Assembly (NCBI GenBank): GCA_965230895.1
Contig: OZ246394.1
Location: 313,316-377,315 of the forward strand
DNA length: 64,000 nucleotides
Direction: 5' to 3'
Source of the DNA: an uncultured Gammaproteobacteria bacterium
GTDB lineage: Bacteria > Patescibacteriota > Microgenomatia > Levybacterales > UBA12049
A program made the position numbers and the translations under genes. This document shows, piece by piece, positions 1 through 10,248 of this stretch (its first letter is position 1; each line of letters starts with the position of its first letter). The notes beneath the pieces were generated by a model that was not told the origin of the DNA, made no database searches, and was given only the letters and a program-made list of their open reading frames with translations.

Positions 1-865
1 TATTCCTTAAATGCTCAGCGACGCGTTTTACCGTTTCGGTAATGGTCTTCTCAGCACTTTTCTCTTCATCAGATATCCCTGCTTTATCTAAAAGGCTTGC
101 TGCAGCTACTGTGCCACCCCACGTTCTAAAGTCTTTCGCTGTAATATCTTTACCAGTAATTGCTTTTAAGTACTCATTGATGTCATGGGATGTTACGTCA
201 TTAGGTTTTCCGTCATCATCAATATATTCAAATAAATCTTGTCCAGGAAGCTCTTGGCAGCGACGGATAATGTTGGCTATTTTTTTATCACTTACATGGA
301 CTTTGTGCTTTACTCCGCTTTTCCCAACAAAAGAAAAATCAATATTACTGCTTTTAATATGAACATGTCTATTCGTCAGCGTAGTTAATCCATATGAGTT
401 ATTCTCTTCTTTATATTCGATATTTCCTACGCGAATTAACGTATGTTCTAAAAGCCAGATCACTGTAGCCATTACTTTCTCTTTTGGTAACCCTTTCAGT
501 TCTAAACTTTCATTAATATGTCTCCGTATTCTTGGAAGCGCTGATGCAAAATCCAGTACATGACTAAATTTTTCCTGTTGCTTCAATTCATTCCAGAATT
601 GATGGTACCGATATTGTTTTCTTCCTCGTGCATCGATTCCAGTTGCTTGCATGTGACCATTGGCATACGGGGAAATCCAAACTCTTTTCCATGCTGGAGG
701 GATGACAATCTTGTTTATTCTTTCAATTACTGTATCGTCGGTAATTCTCTCCCCTTTTCTATCAAAGTACGCAAAATGCTTTCCTTGCAGTTTTCTTGTG
801 AAGCCAGGCTTATTGTCTGTTACATACCGAAGTTTCACTTCAGCCAAAATATCTTTCTCTTCCAC
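1..865 (-). CDS. DNA topoisomerase IB, bacterial/poxvirus-like (3' end runs off the window)
   Basis: Manual minus-strand translation from GTG at 865 (not in ORF track): IPPAWKRVWIS..GHMQATGIDARGRKQYRYH, LIRVGN, FVGKSG, TAKDFRTWGGT, HLRN. These are TopIB motifs; the catalytic Tyr lies beyond position 1. Confidence 0.93.
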   Translation of the reverse strand, partial: MEEKDILAEVKLRYVTDNKPGFTRKLQGKHFAYFDRKGERITDDTVIERINKIVIPPAWKRVWISPYANGHMQATGIDARGRKQYRYHQFWNELKQQEKFSHVLDFASALPRIRRHINESLELKGLPKEKVMATVIWLLEHTLIRVGNIEYKEENNSYGLTTLTNRHVHIKSSNIDFSFVGKSGVKHKVHVSDKKIANIIRRCQELPGQDLFEYIDDDGKPNDVTSHDINEYLKAITGKDITAKDFRTWGGTVAAASLLDKAGISDEEKSAEKTITETVKRVAEHLRN

Positions 866-912
866 AGATAGTAGTATATCATGAACAGCTTTTAATTATT
901 TCTTTACTTATA

Positions 913-944
913 TTTACTTAATTCTTATATTTCTGCGCTAGACT
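913..944 (+). promoter_or_regulatory. Direct-repeat box plus -10 element upstream of the response regulator
   Basis: TTTACT-N5-CTTATA-N9-TAGACT; same geometry as sites at 10820, 23859, 25365, 39649. Confidence 0.4.
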
Positions 945-964
945 AAATAATTGTTGTTACTTTC

Positions 965-1360
965 ATGAAAACGTATAAGAAAGAAGGTCTCAATACTCCC
1001 GCCCGCAGAAAAATACTCGTCGCAGATGATGATCCAGCAATTCTTGATGCTGTTAAGATGATGCTTGAGTTCTGTAATTATGAGGTTTGTACTGCTCAAG
1101 ATGGGAGATTTGAGCCTAAATTAAAAGATCATAAACCACAATTAGTGCTTCTGGATATTTGGTTATCAGGAACTGATGGAAGGGAAGTTTGTCGGAAACT
1201 TAAATCTAAAAAGGAAACTAAAGATATTCCTATAATTCTTATTTCTGCAAGTCGTGATGTTGAAGAGAGTTCCAAAGAAGCAGGTGCCAACGATTTTCTC
1301 CCGAAACCTTTTGAGATGAATGACCTTCTCAATAAAATTGAGAAATATATAACAAACTAA
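965..1360 (+). CDS. Single-domain response regulator (receiver only), no adjacent kinase
   Basis: ADDD, LLDIW (phospho-Asp), ISAS, PKPF; no output domain; close paralog of 53330..53689. Confidence 0.92.
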   Translation: MKTYKKEGLNTPARRKILVADDDPAILDAVKMMLEFCNYEVCTAQDGRFEPKLKDHKPQLVLLDIWLSGTDGREVCRKLKSKKETKDIPIILISASRDVEESSKEAGANDFLPKPFEMNDLLNKIEKYITN

Positions 1361-4300
1361 TTATCTTTCGGTTTTCGACCTCTTTTCTCTCCAATCTTTC
1401 CTTCACTCTTATTAAAGAATGCGTAGTATACAACGGGGATGAAGAAAAGCATTGTCGTTCCAGAGAAGAAAAGTCCTGACATGATCGCTCCGCCAAGTCC
1501 TCTCCATAATGGATCTGACAAAGTGATTGGAATTAACCCAACAATTGTTGCAAATGATGTTAACGTAATCGGTTCTAATCGACTCTCTGCTGCATCGACA
1601 ATAGCTTCTCTAAACTCCATCTGTTCTTTTAAGTTTTGATTGATCTTATCAACGATAAGGATTGAATTCTTTACAACAATCCCAAAGAGCGCCAGTACAC
1701 CGATAAGTGCTGGGAACGATAACGGAGTATTTGTAAGTGAGAAGATAATAAATACCCCTGAGATCGATAATGGAATAACGAGCATAACTATGAAGGCTTT
1801 TCTGAAAGATGAAAACTGTAAGACCATAGTTATGATGATTAACAGGAATGACAAAATCATGGCCATAAGAATCGCTTGAACTGACTGATCATTTTCTTCA
1901 TTCACTCCGCCGGTTGCCCATGAATACCCGTCTGGTAAGTTAAGAGAGTTTGCGTACTCTTCAAGTTTTGCATTCATATCAGTTACTGAAACGCCTTGAG
2001 TAACACTTGCAGAGACTGACATTGTTCTCTTACCATCTTCCCGCGTAATAAGTGTTGGGTTTGGCCGCAATTCAAATCTTCCAAGCGAAATTAACGGAAT
2101 TTGTCCATTTGGTGTTGGAATAGTTATCGATGAAACATCTTGTGCGGTTTGAGGAGTTACAGCTGTACGCAATACGATGTCCTGAGAATCATCCGATTCT
2201 TTTTGAAGTTTTGCATCCTTTTGCAATGTAAATCCACTAGCGTAGGTCCGCATAGCAGATCCTAATTGATCCTGAGTAATTCCAGCAGTAGCAAGCTTTT
2301 GTGCATCAGGAATAAATACAATTTTACTCGTACCAGATTTAATTGACTTCGAAATATTTGTGACACCTTGCTGTTTTTCCAAAAAGGTCTGAATCTGTGT
2401 CGCATATGTATCAATTTCTGATAAGTCTTCTCCGGAAACTTTTATTTGCAAATCACTCCCAGCAGGTGGACCATCTGAAACTTCAACGACAGAAACAGTC
2501 CCTTTTTGATATGCGCTATACTTGTCTCGAAGCTTTTGTGATAGATCAATTGAAGATACTCCACCTTTATGTGGAAGAAGAATTGTTACAAGAGCAGTAT
2601 TATCACTTGATCCCCCAAACCCTCTTCCTGGATCGATACTTAATTTAGGAGTTGCAGTTACAAAAGAAACATCTTCGATTGTTCGTATATCATTCATGAT
2701 CGCAATCATTTCTTTTCTTGTCGTTTGGATATTTGTGCCGGATGGTAATTCAAGAGAGAGATAAATATATTCTTGATCACTCTTTGGGAAGAATTCATTT
2801 TTGACATATCCCAGTGGGACAAGAAGGTATGAGAATAAAGCGAATGCAATAACGACAATAACTGTAGTTCTTCTCAATGACGTTTTGGATAAAATCTTGT
2901 CAATAATTTTTCGGTATTTTCTTTCAATAATTTCAAAATTGATAACACCATTATTTAAGTAATACGAGATACTCTTTCTTTCTTTTTGTTCCCGTTGAAT
3001 TGGTTCTGAGTGAAGTCTCTCTTGCATTCGTTTATACAGTTGATAGCGGACTTGGAAATAGATAAAAATGTTAACAACAAAAAGTATTAGCGCTGGAATA
3101 AATAAAGGACCTTGCGGCATGACAACAAAAAAGAGCGCAAGCACTAAGAGAATTCCAATGATTCTAAATAGCACCACAATGCGGTTTGGGAGATTCCCAT
3201 TGAGTAAGATGATAAAAAATGGAAGTGTTACAAACAGTGCAACGCCAAGTGATGCCAAAAGAATAGTTGAAACAACAATAGGAATTGGTCGAATAAATTC
3301 TCCGATAATACCTGTTGCTAAGAGTAATGGTACAAATGCCCAGACAGTAGTTAATGTTGTGGTTAAAATCGCGGTTTTAAAATCCTTCCAAACCAAAAGT
3401 CCTGCTTCTAATGGAGTAAACTTATTTGTTCTATAATATGCCGTTAATGCAGACACAACAACTATCGTATCATCAACCAAAAGTCCAAGAGACAAAAGTA
3501 ACGAAAAGAATGCAATAAAACTTAAAGAAATATCTGTGATGTTCATTACGATAAATGTAATGAGAAATGTTAATGGAATTGCTAACGAAGCGATAATCGC
3601 CTGACGTAACCCAAGGAATAAAAAGAGTGTCAGAAATACAAGTGAAATCGTAATAATCAAGTCCCGAACTAAATCATAATATTGTTCATCAATTTGCTGT
3701 CCTGCATCTATAACAGACGAAATAGTAAACTTATTGCCATAACTTTTCGTTGTTTCTTCAGTTGTTTTTCTCGCATCTTCAACTGCGTCTGTAATGTTTG
3801 CTGTACCAGTTTTATAAATATCGAATCGGATTGTCTGTACTGGTTCTTGGTTTTTCGTCGCGAGGTACGAAGCAGTTGCATCAGGTTTTATTCTTTCTTG
3901 AACAGTTGCTACATCAGATAAAAGGATTGAAGATCTTCCATTTGCAATGCGTATATTACGCAACTCTTCGACTGACGTTACTGTCGGATCGATGCTTAAC
4001 ACAAATGAAGAATCATTAGTTGTTATATTTCCTGCAGGTGAAGATCCAGTATTTGATTTAATCGTTTGGGATATTGCTTGCGCATTTAATCCATATGATG
4101 CGAGCTTTTGTGGATCTACCAATACTTGAATTTCTTCATCATCTAGCCCTGTTGTCTCTACCCTATCAATTGAAGGAAGATCTTCAAGCTTGTCTCGTAA
4201 AGCTTTTCCAAATCGTACAAGACTGACAGTATCTGTTTTACTACTTAAAGAGAATGTCCAAACAGGTTCATTCTCAAAATCGAGTTTTTGTACACTTGGA

Positions 4301-4725
4301 GATTCCGCATTGTCTGGTAAATCTGTTATGCTATCAACTGCAGATTGGACATCTGCTTTTGCTTTGTCGGGATTAACACCAGATTCAAATTCGAGTGTTA
4401 CGACCGAGACAGAATCTTGAGACGTCGAAGACATAGTCTTAACGTCTTCAAGACTGTTTAAACTATTTTCAACAGGAACAGTAACAAGCGATTCGATATC
4501 ATCGGGAGAAGCACCTGGTAATGTTGTTGAAACAATGACAATTGGAATATTGATCTGTGGATTCAGCACACGAGGTATACTCATATAACTTGCGACTCCG
4601 ACAATAACCATAAGAATTACTGTAAGGATTACAAGTCTGGTATTTTGCAGATATTTTCCAAAAGGAGAAGTAAGCAATGATGGGTCAAACTTTAGTTTTT
4701 TAAGATAAGTAGTTAATTCTGCCAT
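1357..4725 (-). CDS. RND efflux transporter permease (AcrB/AcrD/AcrF family)
   Basis: 1122 aa; PGASP..IE..V..P.E, GLLVDD, GIVVKNSIL, RLEPI.LT motifs; 12-TM RND layout. Confidence 0.93.
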   Translation of the reverse strand: MAELTTYLKKLKFDPSLLTSPFGKYLQNTRLVILTVILMVIVGVASYMSIPRVLNPQINIPIVIVSTTLPGASPDDIESLVTVPVENSLNSLEDVKTMSSTSQDSVSVVTLEFESGVNPDKAKADVQSAVDSITDLPDNAESPSVQKLDFENEPVWTFSLSSKTDTVSLVRFGKALRDKLEDLPSIDRVETTGLDDEEIQVLVDPQKLASYGLNAQAISQTIKSNTGSSPAGNITTNDSSFVLSIDPTVTSVEELRNIRIANGRSSILLSDVATVQERIKPDATASYLATKNQEPVQTIRFDIYKTGTANITDAVEDARKTTEETTKSYGNKFTISSVIDAGQQIDEQYYDLVRDLIITISLVFLTLFLFLGLRQAIIASLAIPLTFLITFIVMNITDISLSFIAFFSLLLSLGLLVDDTIVVVSALTAYYRTNKFTPLEAGLLVWKDFKTAILTTTLTTVWAFVPLLLATGIIGEFIRPIPIVVSTILLASLGVALFVTLPFFIILLNGNLPNRIVVLFRIIGILLVLALFFVVMPQGPLFIPALILFVVNIFIYFQVRYQLYKRMQERLHSEPIQREQKERKSISYYLNNGVINFEIIERKYRKIIDKILSKTSLRRTTVIVVIAFALFSYLLVPLGYVKNEFFPKSDQEYIYLSLELPSGTNIQTTRKEMIAIMNDIRTIEDVSFVTATPKLSIDPGRGFGGSSDNTALVTILLPHKGGVSSIDLSQKLRDKYSAYQKGTVSVVEVSDGPPAGSDLQIKVSGEDLSEIDTYATQIQTFLEKQQGVTNISKSIKSGTSKIVFIPDAQKLATAGITQDQLGSAMRTYASGFTLQKDAKLQKESDDSQDIVLRTAVTPQTAQDVSSITIPTPNGQIPLISLGRFELRPNPTLITREDGKRTMSVSASVTQGVSVTDMNAKLEEYANSLNLPDGYSWATGGVNEENDQSVQAILMAMILSFLLIIITMVLQFSSFRKAFIVMLVIPLSISGVFIIFSLTNTPLSFPALIGVLALFGIVVKNSILIVDKINQNLKEQMEFREAIVDAAESRLEPITLTSFATIVGLIPITLSDPLWRGLGGAIMSGLFFSGTTMLFFIPVVYYAFFNKSEGKIGEKRGRKPKDN

Positions 4726-4736
4726 AGGAAAAGCGG

Positions 4737-6173
4737 TTACTGTATTTTGACAGTATCATCAGCGATCACGTTACGATTGAGGATAACCTGATCACCACGT
4801 TTTAAACCGCTTTGTACTTCGACATAATCTCCAAATACTTCTCCAACTTGAATAGTTTTCGTTACTGCTTTGTTATTTTGTGCAACCAACACAAATGACG
4901 TATCTTGTGTTTGATACACAGCGTCAATTGGGATAAGTGGAACAGCTGATGATGTATCGGACGCTTTAAGAGGGACTTGAATTGTTGCATATTCTCCGTT
5001 TGCAAAAAGGTTTTGATATTCACTTGGGATGTCATATTTCACAGCATACAACTGTCCACTTGATGCTTCAGTTGCGACATATAAAGGTGTAATAGAAATC
5101 TTTTTATTCTTCTTCGTTAAAATACTTGGTTCTCCTGTCGAAAGCCGTTGTGCAACTGCTTGAGGGACCTGAAGAAATGCAGTTGATTCAATATCATCTG
5201 CAGCAATTGTTGCTAGTTCTGTACCTGGACTTACTGTTTGACCCTTAACAACTGCAATGCTTTGCACAACTCCTGTAAAAGGACTTGCTGGATAAAATGC
5301 TGCTTCATTTACATATGCTAACTGTACTTGAAGATGTGATACATCTCGATTTAATTCCAATGTTTTTTGTTGAATATCAAGTTGCTTCAATGCAGCTTCC
5401 TTTTGTGCGTTTGCGATAATTGCAGGGGGATTCTCATTTGATGCTTGATATTCAGCTGTTCTTTGAGCTTGTCTCAATTGATTAAGTCCACTTTGTAATT
5501 GAGTAGCTGATCCTTCAAGTTCTCCAATTTGCATATCATTTGCACCATTAGTGTTATTTTCTTTCAGTGCATCGAGAGTATCTCGAATTCCATCGAGCTG
5601 ATCCTGATTTGCATTTACTAAATCAGAAGTTTCTCCAAGAGATTGTCTTGTTATATCTCGTGTTCGTTGTTCATTCTCTGCGGATGCTGTCGCGACATCT
5701 CGTTGATTTTGAATTAGTGAATTTTGTGTACCGAAAGTATCAAGAACGTTTTGATATTGTGTCTGTGCAATCTGTCTCTGAACTGATGCTGCATTCCCGC
5801 CTTGATAGTTTGATGACAGTGAAATTATTTGCTGGCCCTTCCCTACTTTATCCCCTTCTTTCACTGAAATATTTTGGACAATTCCTCCCGACTGTGCAAT
5901 GATTGTGATAACTCCTGTCTTATCAATTCTTGCTTGATATGTTGCTTTAGGACCATCACCAATACTGTATACTTCGACTGATTTTGTCACTCTTTCCGGT
6001 TCTTTTTCTGGAGGAGTTTGTTGAATAAATTTAGCAACGATAAGTAATATTAATAAAAGCCCAAGAACGAGGAAAAAGCTTCCAAGAGGACGTGATTTAA
6101 TAAATGTTACTGTCCGGTTATAGGAGTTTCGTGATGAAGTTGTTATGTTATTTCTAAAAGTATTGTCCGCCAT
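4737..6173 (-). CDS. RND membrane fusion/adaptor protein (HlyD family)
   Basis: N-terminal TM, lipoyl half-motifs (V.EGDKV.KGQ; SPFTGVV), long coiled coil, GL..GDQVI; directly upstream of the RND permease. Confidence 0.88.
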   Translation of the reverse strand: MADNTFRNNITTSSRNSYNRTVTFIKSRPLGSFFLVLGLLLILLIVAKFIQQTPPEKEPERVTKSVEVYSIGDGPKATYQARIDKTGVITIIAQSGGIVQNISVKEGDKVGKGQQIISLSSNYQGGNAASVQRQIAQTQYQNVLDTFGTQNSLIQNQRDVATASAENEQRTRDITRQSLGETSDLVNANQDQLDGIRDTLDALKENNTNGANDMQIGELEGSATQLQSGLNQLRQAQRTAEYQASNENPPAIIANAQKEAALKQLDIQQKTLELNRDVSHLQVQLAYVNEAAFYPASPFTGVVQSIAVVKGQTVSPGTELATIAADDIESTAFLQVPQAVAQRLSTGEPSILTKKNKKISITPLYVATEASSGQLYAVKYDIPSEYQNLFANGEYATIQVPLKASDTSSAVPLIPIDAVYQTQDTSFVLVAQNNKAVTKTIQVGEVFGDYVEVQSGLKRGDQVILNRNVIADDTVKIQ

Positions 6174-6310
6174 ATTTTGTAAAGAAATTTATAAGCGGAC
6201 AGTGCTCTAAAAATCTTATACTATTATATGGAAAACCTGAACTTTTGTCTATATAGAAAACACATATAGTCTTGATAAATTCTGGAATGATTTATATAAT
6301 GATTTCTCTT

Positions 6311-7072
6311 ATGAAACAATTTACCAGCACAAAATTCAAAATTTTTCGAGAGACTCTTATTATTGTTCTTTTAATTCTCGTCGCAAAGTCAATCATTAGT
6401 CATTTCGGTTGGGAGTTTATTTCAACTTCTGCGCTCATGACAAGTATTATTTCAGGAAGTATCTTTGTACTCGGTTTCATCTTGTCTTCAACATATCGAG
6501 ACTATAAAGAAAGTGAATATGTTCCTGTCAGCGTTGTTACTGCGATTGAAAGTATTCATAATGATGGAAAACTTTTTAAAAAGATGTATAAGAAGTTTGA
6601 CTACGTTGAGCTGAATAAGTTATTGGTCAGTATTCTTGACCTGTTCAAAAAAGATTTGTTGATCCATACGAAGAAAGCATACTTTAAAGCAAATGAACTC
6701 TCACTTATTTTTGATAAGTTAGAAAAATTAGGTGTTCCTGCAAATTATATTGTGAAGCTTAAACAGGATCAGAATGTAATTCTACGAGGAATTTTACGTG
6801 TTAATTATATCCAAAAAATTCAGCCAATTCCTTCAGCATTTATTTTGGTTCAGTCAATTGTTACCGGGTTAGTCATCATCTTACTTTTTACAAAAATGGA
6901 TTCAATTATTAATGAACTTGCAGCAATTGGTTTTATTACGTTTATCTTTATCTATATGTGGAAACTTATTCGCGTCCTTGAAAAACCATTCCGAGAAGAA
7001 GGAACGACTATGGATGATGTGAGCCTTTTCCATCTTAAAGAACAACAACTTCGTCTTTCAAGAGAGAAATAA
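6311..7072 (+). CDS. Membrane protein, 4 TM (bestrophin-like/DUF4239-like topology)
   Basis: 2 TM, soluble loop, 2 TM, LEKPF; start moved to ATG 6311. Confidence 0.6.
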   Translation: MKQFTSTKFKIFRETLIIVLLILVAKSIISHFGWEFISTSALMTSIISGSIFVLGFILSSTYRDYKESEYVPVSVVTAIESIHNDGKLFKKMYKKFDYVELNKLLVSILDLFKKDLLIHTKKAYFKANELSLIFDKLEKLGVPANYIVKLKQDQNVILRGILRVNYIQKIQPIPSAFILVQSIVTGLVIILLFTKMDSIINELAAIGFITFIFIYMWKLIRVLEKPFREEGTTMDDVSLFHLKEQQLRLSREK

Positions 7073-7091
7073 TTTCCGCTATACTTAATTC

Positions 7092-7595
7092 ATGAAGCTT
7101 TTTGCATATGGAGCGCTCATGAGTTCCACTCATTTAAAACGTCTCGAAATTTCTCCAAAAATAAGAATGCCAGCGATTTTAGAAGGGTACGCATTACGAT
7201 TTGAAAAGAGACAATCGCATAATCCATACTATGGTGCAGCAAACATTCAGAAATCATTCCCTACATCCAGAGTCTTTGGGATTGTTTTTGATTTTTCAGA
7301 AAATGACATAAGGATTATTGACGAACGAGAGGAATACCCTACTGGATACACTCGAGAAGTAGTTACTGTTAAATTATTATCCGGTGAAGACCTGGAAGTG
7401 CAAACATATGTCGCTCATCCAGATAAAATTGCAAATAATTTATTACCGACTAAGGGGTATATCGATTTAATTACTGAATCCACTGATATTCTTCCTGAGG
7501 AGTATATACAGTTACTTCGTGAGATGGAAACGCTTCCAGACCATTTAGATAGTAATACATTAGTTGAGTACAACGATGAAGAGGTTAAGAAGTGA
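7092..7595 (+). CDS. Gamma-glutamylcyclotransferase (GGCT/AIG2-like)
   Basis: N-terminal FAYG, L.GY.L.F, ID.RE.YP..Y. Confidence 0.82.
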   Translation: MKLFAYGALMSSTHLKRLEISPKIRMPAILEGYALRFEKRQSHNPYYGAANIQKSFPTSRVFGIVFDFSENDIRIIDEREEYPTGYTREVVTVKLLSGEDLEVQTYVAHPDKIANNLLPTKGYIDLITESTDILPEEYIQLLREMETLPDHLDSNTLVEYNDEEVKK

Positions 7596-8027
7596 AGCAA
7601 ATGTGACCCACGCAATATACGGTAATAGAAGATATGCTGCAGCTGTGGAAAGTTTTTTAAATTGAATTATTGTATAGAGTATGGTCAGCCATAAAGCCAT
7701 AATGACAAAAAATGCAAAAAGTGGTTGTTCCATACCGAAAAAGGTAAAAGACCAAAAGAAGTTTAGAAATAGTTGTATAAAGAATGCAAATATTGCGCGC
7801 TTTTCTTTCCTCCAAGTGATTCCTTTATTCCAAACAATATAAAACGAAAGTCCCATGAGAAAATATAATATGCTCCAAACTGGTCCAAAAATCCAGTTGG
7901 GTGGATTAAAAGCAGGTTTTACCAAACCAGCATACCAACCTTCAATTGCTGGAGTTGTAACGAAGCTTCCCGCAAATGCGACAAAGAAACAAAGTGCTAA
8001 AGAAGCGATTAGTTTATAAAAATTCAT
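7560..8027 (-). CDS. tspO: TspO/MBR tryptophan-rich sensory protein
   Basis: WY..L.KP.FNPPNW.FGPVW, LN..WS..FFG, PY.AW..FA..LN. Confidence 0.94.
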   Translation of the reverse strand: MNFYKLIASLALCFFVAFAGSFVTTPAIEGWYAGLVKPAFNPPNWIFGPVWSILYFLMGLSFYIVWNKGITWRKEKRAIFAFFIQLFLNFFWSFTFFGMEQPLFAFFVIMALWLTILYTIIQFKKLSTAAAYLLLPYIAWVTFASLLNLFIVVLN

Positions 8028-8503
8028 TTTTTCTTTTTCTCTTGTGGAATAAACTTGAGATAACCGATAATAACTGCGATGACAAATCCTATGGCAACCA
8101 CAACAAATCTGAACATGTTATCGTCTGTAGAGAAGCCGCGAATAATACTATAAATAAGTGTGAGGAATCCTCCAAGCAAAAGACCGTCCGCTATTAATAG
8201 AATTGTTTTCGCCATAATAATGCTTACAACCAATGCTACGATTGCAAAAACGAGTGAGATGATTGAGACATTACGGTTATAGTCTTTTTCCTTAGTCTGA
8301 TATTCTTTATACGCTGCATCATACTTTACCTGATCAGCATTTTGCTGCTTAATTTCTGCAGGTGATTGTTGTTCTGGAGGCAAGTATGAACGAGTCGAAG
8401 GATATTCTGGAGCTTGGGGCATAGGATAAAAAGCGGCAATGCCCACACCGACAAGTGTTGCAAAAAGAACTCCAATAAAAACAGAATAAATGAACTTCAA
8501 CAT
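8024..8503 (-). CDS. Hypothetical membrane protein (4 TM)
   Basis: Hydrophobic segments; ATGA overlap with tspO. Confidence 0.7.
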   Translation of the reverse strand: MLKFIYSVFIGVLFATLVGVGIAAFYPMPQAPEYPSTRSYLPPEQQSPAEIKQQNADQVKYDAAYKEYQTKEKDYNRNVSIISLVFAIVALVVSIIMAKTILLIADGLLLGGFLTLIYSIIRGFSTDDNMFRFVVVAIGFVIAVIIGYLKFIPQEKKKK

Positions 8504-8540
8504 TACCTTAATTCAATCATAAATAGATTTTCAATGCAAA

Positions 8541-9116
8541 TTATTGAGGAATTATTATATTATAAGTTGCAAAAAGTCCATCATTGGTTCTAGTCATATC
8601 AACTACCAAATCAGAATCAAAAATAGAATCTGATTCATTCTTTTGATTATCAGGTAAATATAATTGACTTGTTAGAGTTGGAGCATCGTTATTTGCTCTA
8701 ATTTTAAAATGAATATGTGGTGTTCGTCCAGGATATTCGCCTGGTATAACTGTAGTTAGCAAAAACTTTCCATTAGCATCCGTATACTGATGTCCTCTCA
8801 ATGTGTACCCATTATTATCATATTCCCCTTTTCCATTTGCTTGCCAGAAATCAATCCAAGCATTAGCGATGGGCTTACAATCTGTATTCAGTACGAACCC
8901 AGAAAGGACTACTTTTTCACCAGGAATTGATTCGCTATACAAGTTTGTATTTTGTGGACTACCTAATTTATAATAAGGCCCTTCTGTTTGTGTCTTTATT
9001 GGATGCTTACTACACGCAATATTATAAGTAGAAAAAGGAGGTTCTGTCTTCATCACATATAGAAGTGTTCCAATCCCGACTAAAGTTAAAGCTAGTGCTA
9101 TTAGTTTTTTATTCAT
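8541..9116 (-). CDS. Intradiol ring-cleavage dioxygenase-like protein with N-terminal signal/anchor
   Basis: TEGPYY, WQANGKGEY, LRG.Q.TD..G, PGEYPGRTPHIH (Tyr/Tyr/His/His Fe ligands); start at MNKK (9116). Confidence 0.85.
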   Translation of the reverse strand: MNKKLIALALTLVGIGTLLYVMKTEPPFSTYNIACSKHPIKTQTEGPYYKLGSPQNTNLYSESIPGEKVVLSGFVLNTDCKPIANAWIDFWQANGKGEYDNNGYTLRGHQYTDANGKFLLTTVIPGEYPGRTPHIHFKIRANNDAPTLTSQLYLPDNQKNESDSIFDSDLVVDMTRTNDGLFATYNIIIPQ

Positions 9117-9206
9117 AGAATAATTATAAAGATTCTTCATAAGAATATGATAAGAAGGCTTCAAATACATCTTTAAACATGGTAGTATAAACTGATCTGG
9201 AAAGCT

Positions 9207-10247
9207 ATGGATAAAGTTTCTACTTCAACAATAGATAGGATTTCTTGGGTCGATATTTGTCGAGGCATTGCCATACTTTTTGTAATGTATGCACATGCTC
9301 TCCCATCTGACAGCTATAGATATATGTTCTATGCGTTTCATATGCCACTCTTCTTTTTCCTTTCAGGTATCGTATTCAAAGAAAATTTTCCAAGCTATTG
9401 GGGTTTTGTTAAAAAGTCATTCAAAACTATCCTTCTTCCCTATCTTTTATTTGCTGTACTAACATACTTTTTTTGGTTTTTGAAAGAACATACAACGCAC
9501 AATACAATGCATGATTTCCTTGAACAAGTATACGGAATTCTCTATGGCAATGGTAATTTGGGGTATTTATATTTTAATGTAGCGCTATGGTTCCTTCCCT
9601 GTTTGTTTCTTGCGAGAATTGGATTTGCTGCAATAACACGAGTATCTACGCAAATGCGATTTTTGATCCCCCTACTTATTGGATTATCAATCATCGGATA
9701 TGTACTCTCATCCTATTATTCCTTTTTAAAACTACCTTTTGGAATGGAAACTGCATTTACAGCAATTGTCTTTTTTGGACTCGGCTTTCTCTTTAAGAAA
9801 AAAGAAAAGATTTTTAATCTTATACAAAGATATGGAATTGTAGTATTCATTGTTGGATTAGGAGTACTCATATACTTAGCGTTTTTGAATTATCAACAAT
9901 ATGGTGCGCAAATCGATTTACGTGTTAATAGACTCAATAATTATTTCTTATTTTATTCAGCTGCTATTGCTGGAATTATTTCGTGGGTGGCTTTCAGTAT
10001 GGTTTTGAAAAAGAATGCTATGCTTGAGTTTATTGGGCAACGGACAATGATTCTTTTTGTATGGCATTATCTTTTGTACTCGTACTTCACAGATGTAATG
10101 AATACATATCTTTCCAAACAAATAATTCAAGATATAAAAATTATCAAACCCGCAATTTTTACTCTTTTGGCATTGGGAATAATTTTAGGAGTACGGGAAA
10201 TATTAAGACGAATTACCTACGCACAAAAACTCTTCGCTATCCGTTAA
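9207..10247 (+). CDS. Acyltransferase-3 family membrane protein
   Basis: R..W.D..RG.AI..V..AH, FHMPLFFFLSG, LWFL. Confidence 0.9.
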   Translation: MDKVSTSTIDRISWVDICRGIAILFVMYAHALPSDSYRYMFYAFHMPLFFFLSGIVFKENFPSYWGFVKKSFKTILLPYLLFAVLTYFFWFLKEHTTHNTMHDFLEQVYGILYGNGNLGYLYFNVALWFLPCLFLARIGFAAITRVSTQMRFLIPLLIGLSIIGYVLSSYYSFLKLPFGMETAFTAIVFFGLGFLFKKKEKIFNLIQRYGIVVFIVGLGVLIYLAFLNYQQYGAQIDLRVNRLNNYFLFYSAAIAGIISWVAFSMVLKKNAMLEFIGQRTMILFVWHYLLYSYFTDVMNTYLSKQIIQDIKIIKPAIFTLLALGIILGVREILRRITYAQKLFAIR

Positions 10248-10248
10248 T

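Noticed and set aside
42-884. Plus-strand ORFs 42..362, 560..871 and 660..884
   Set aside because: Antisense shadows of the topoisomerase IB gene.
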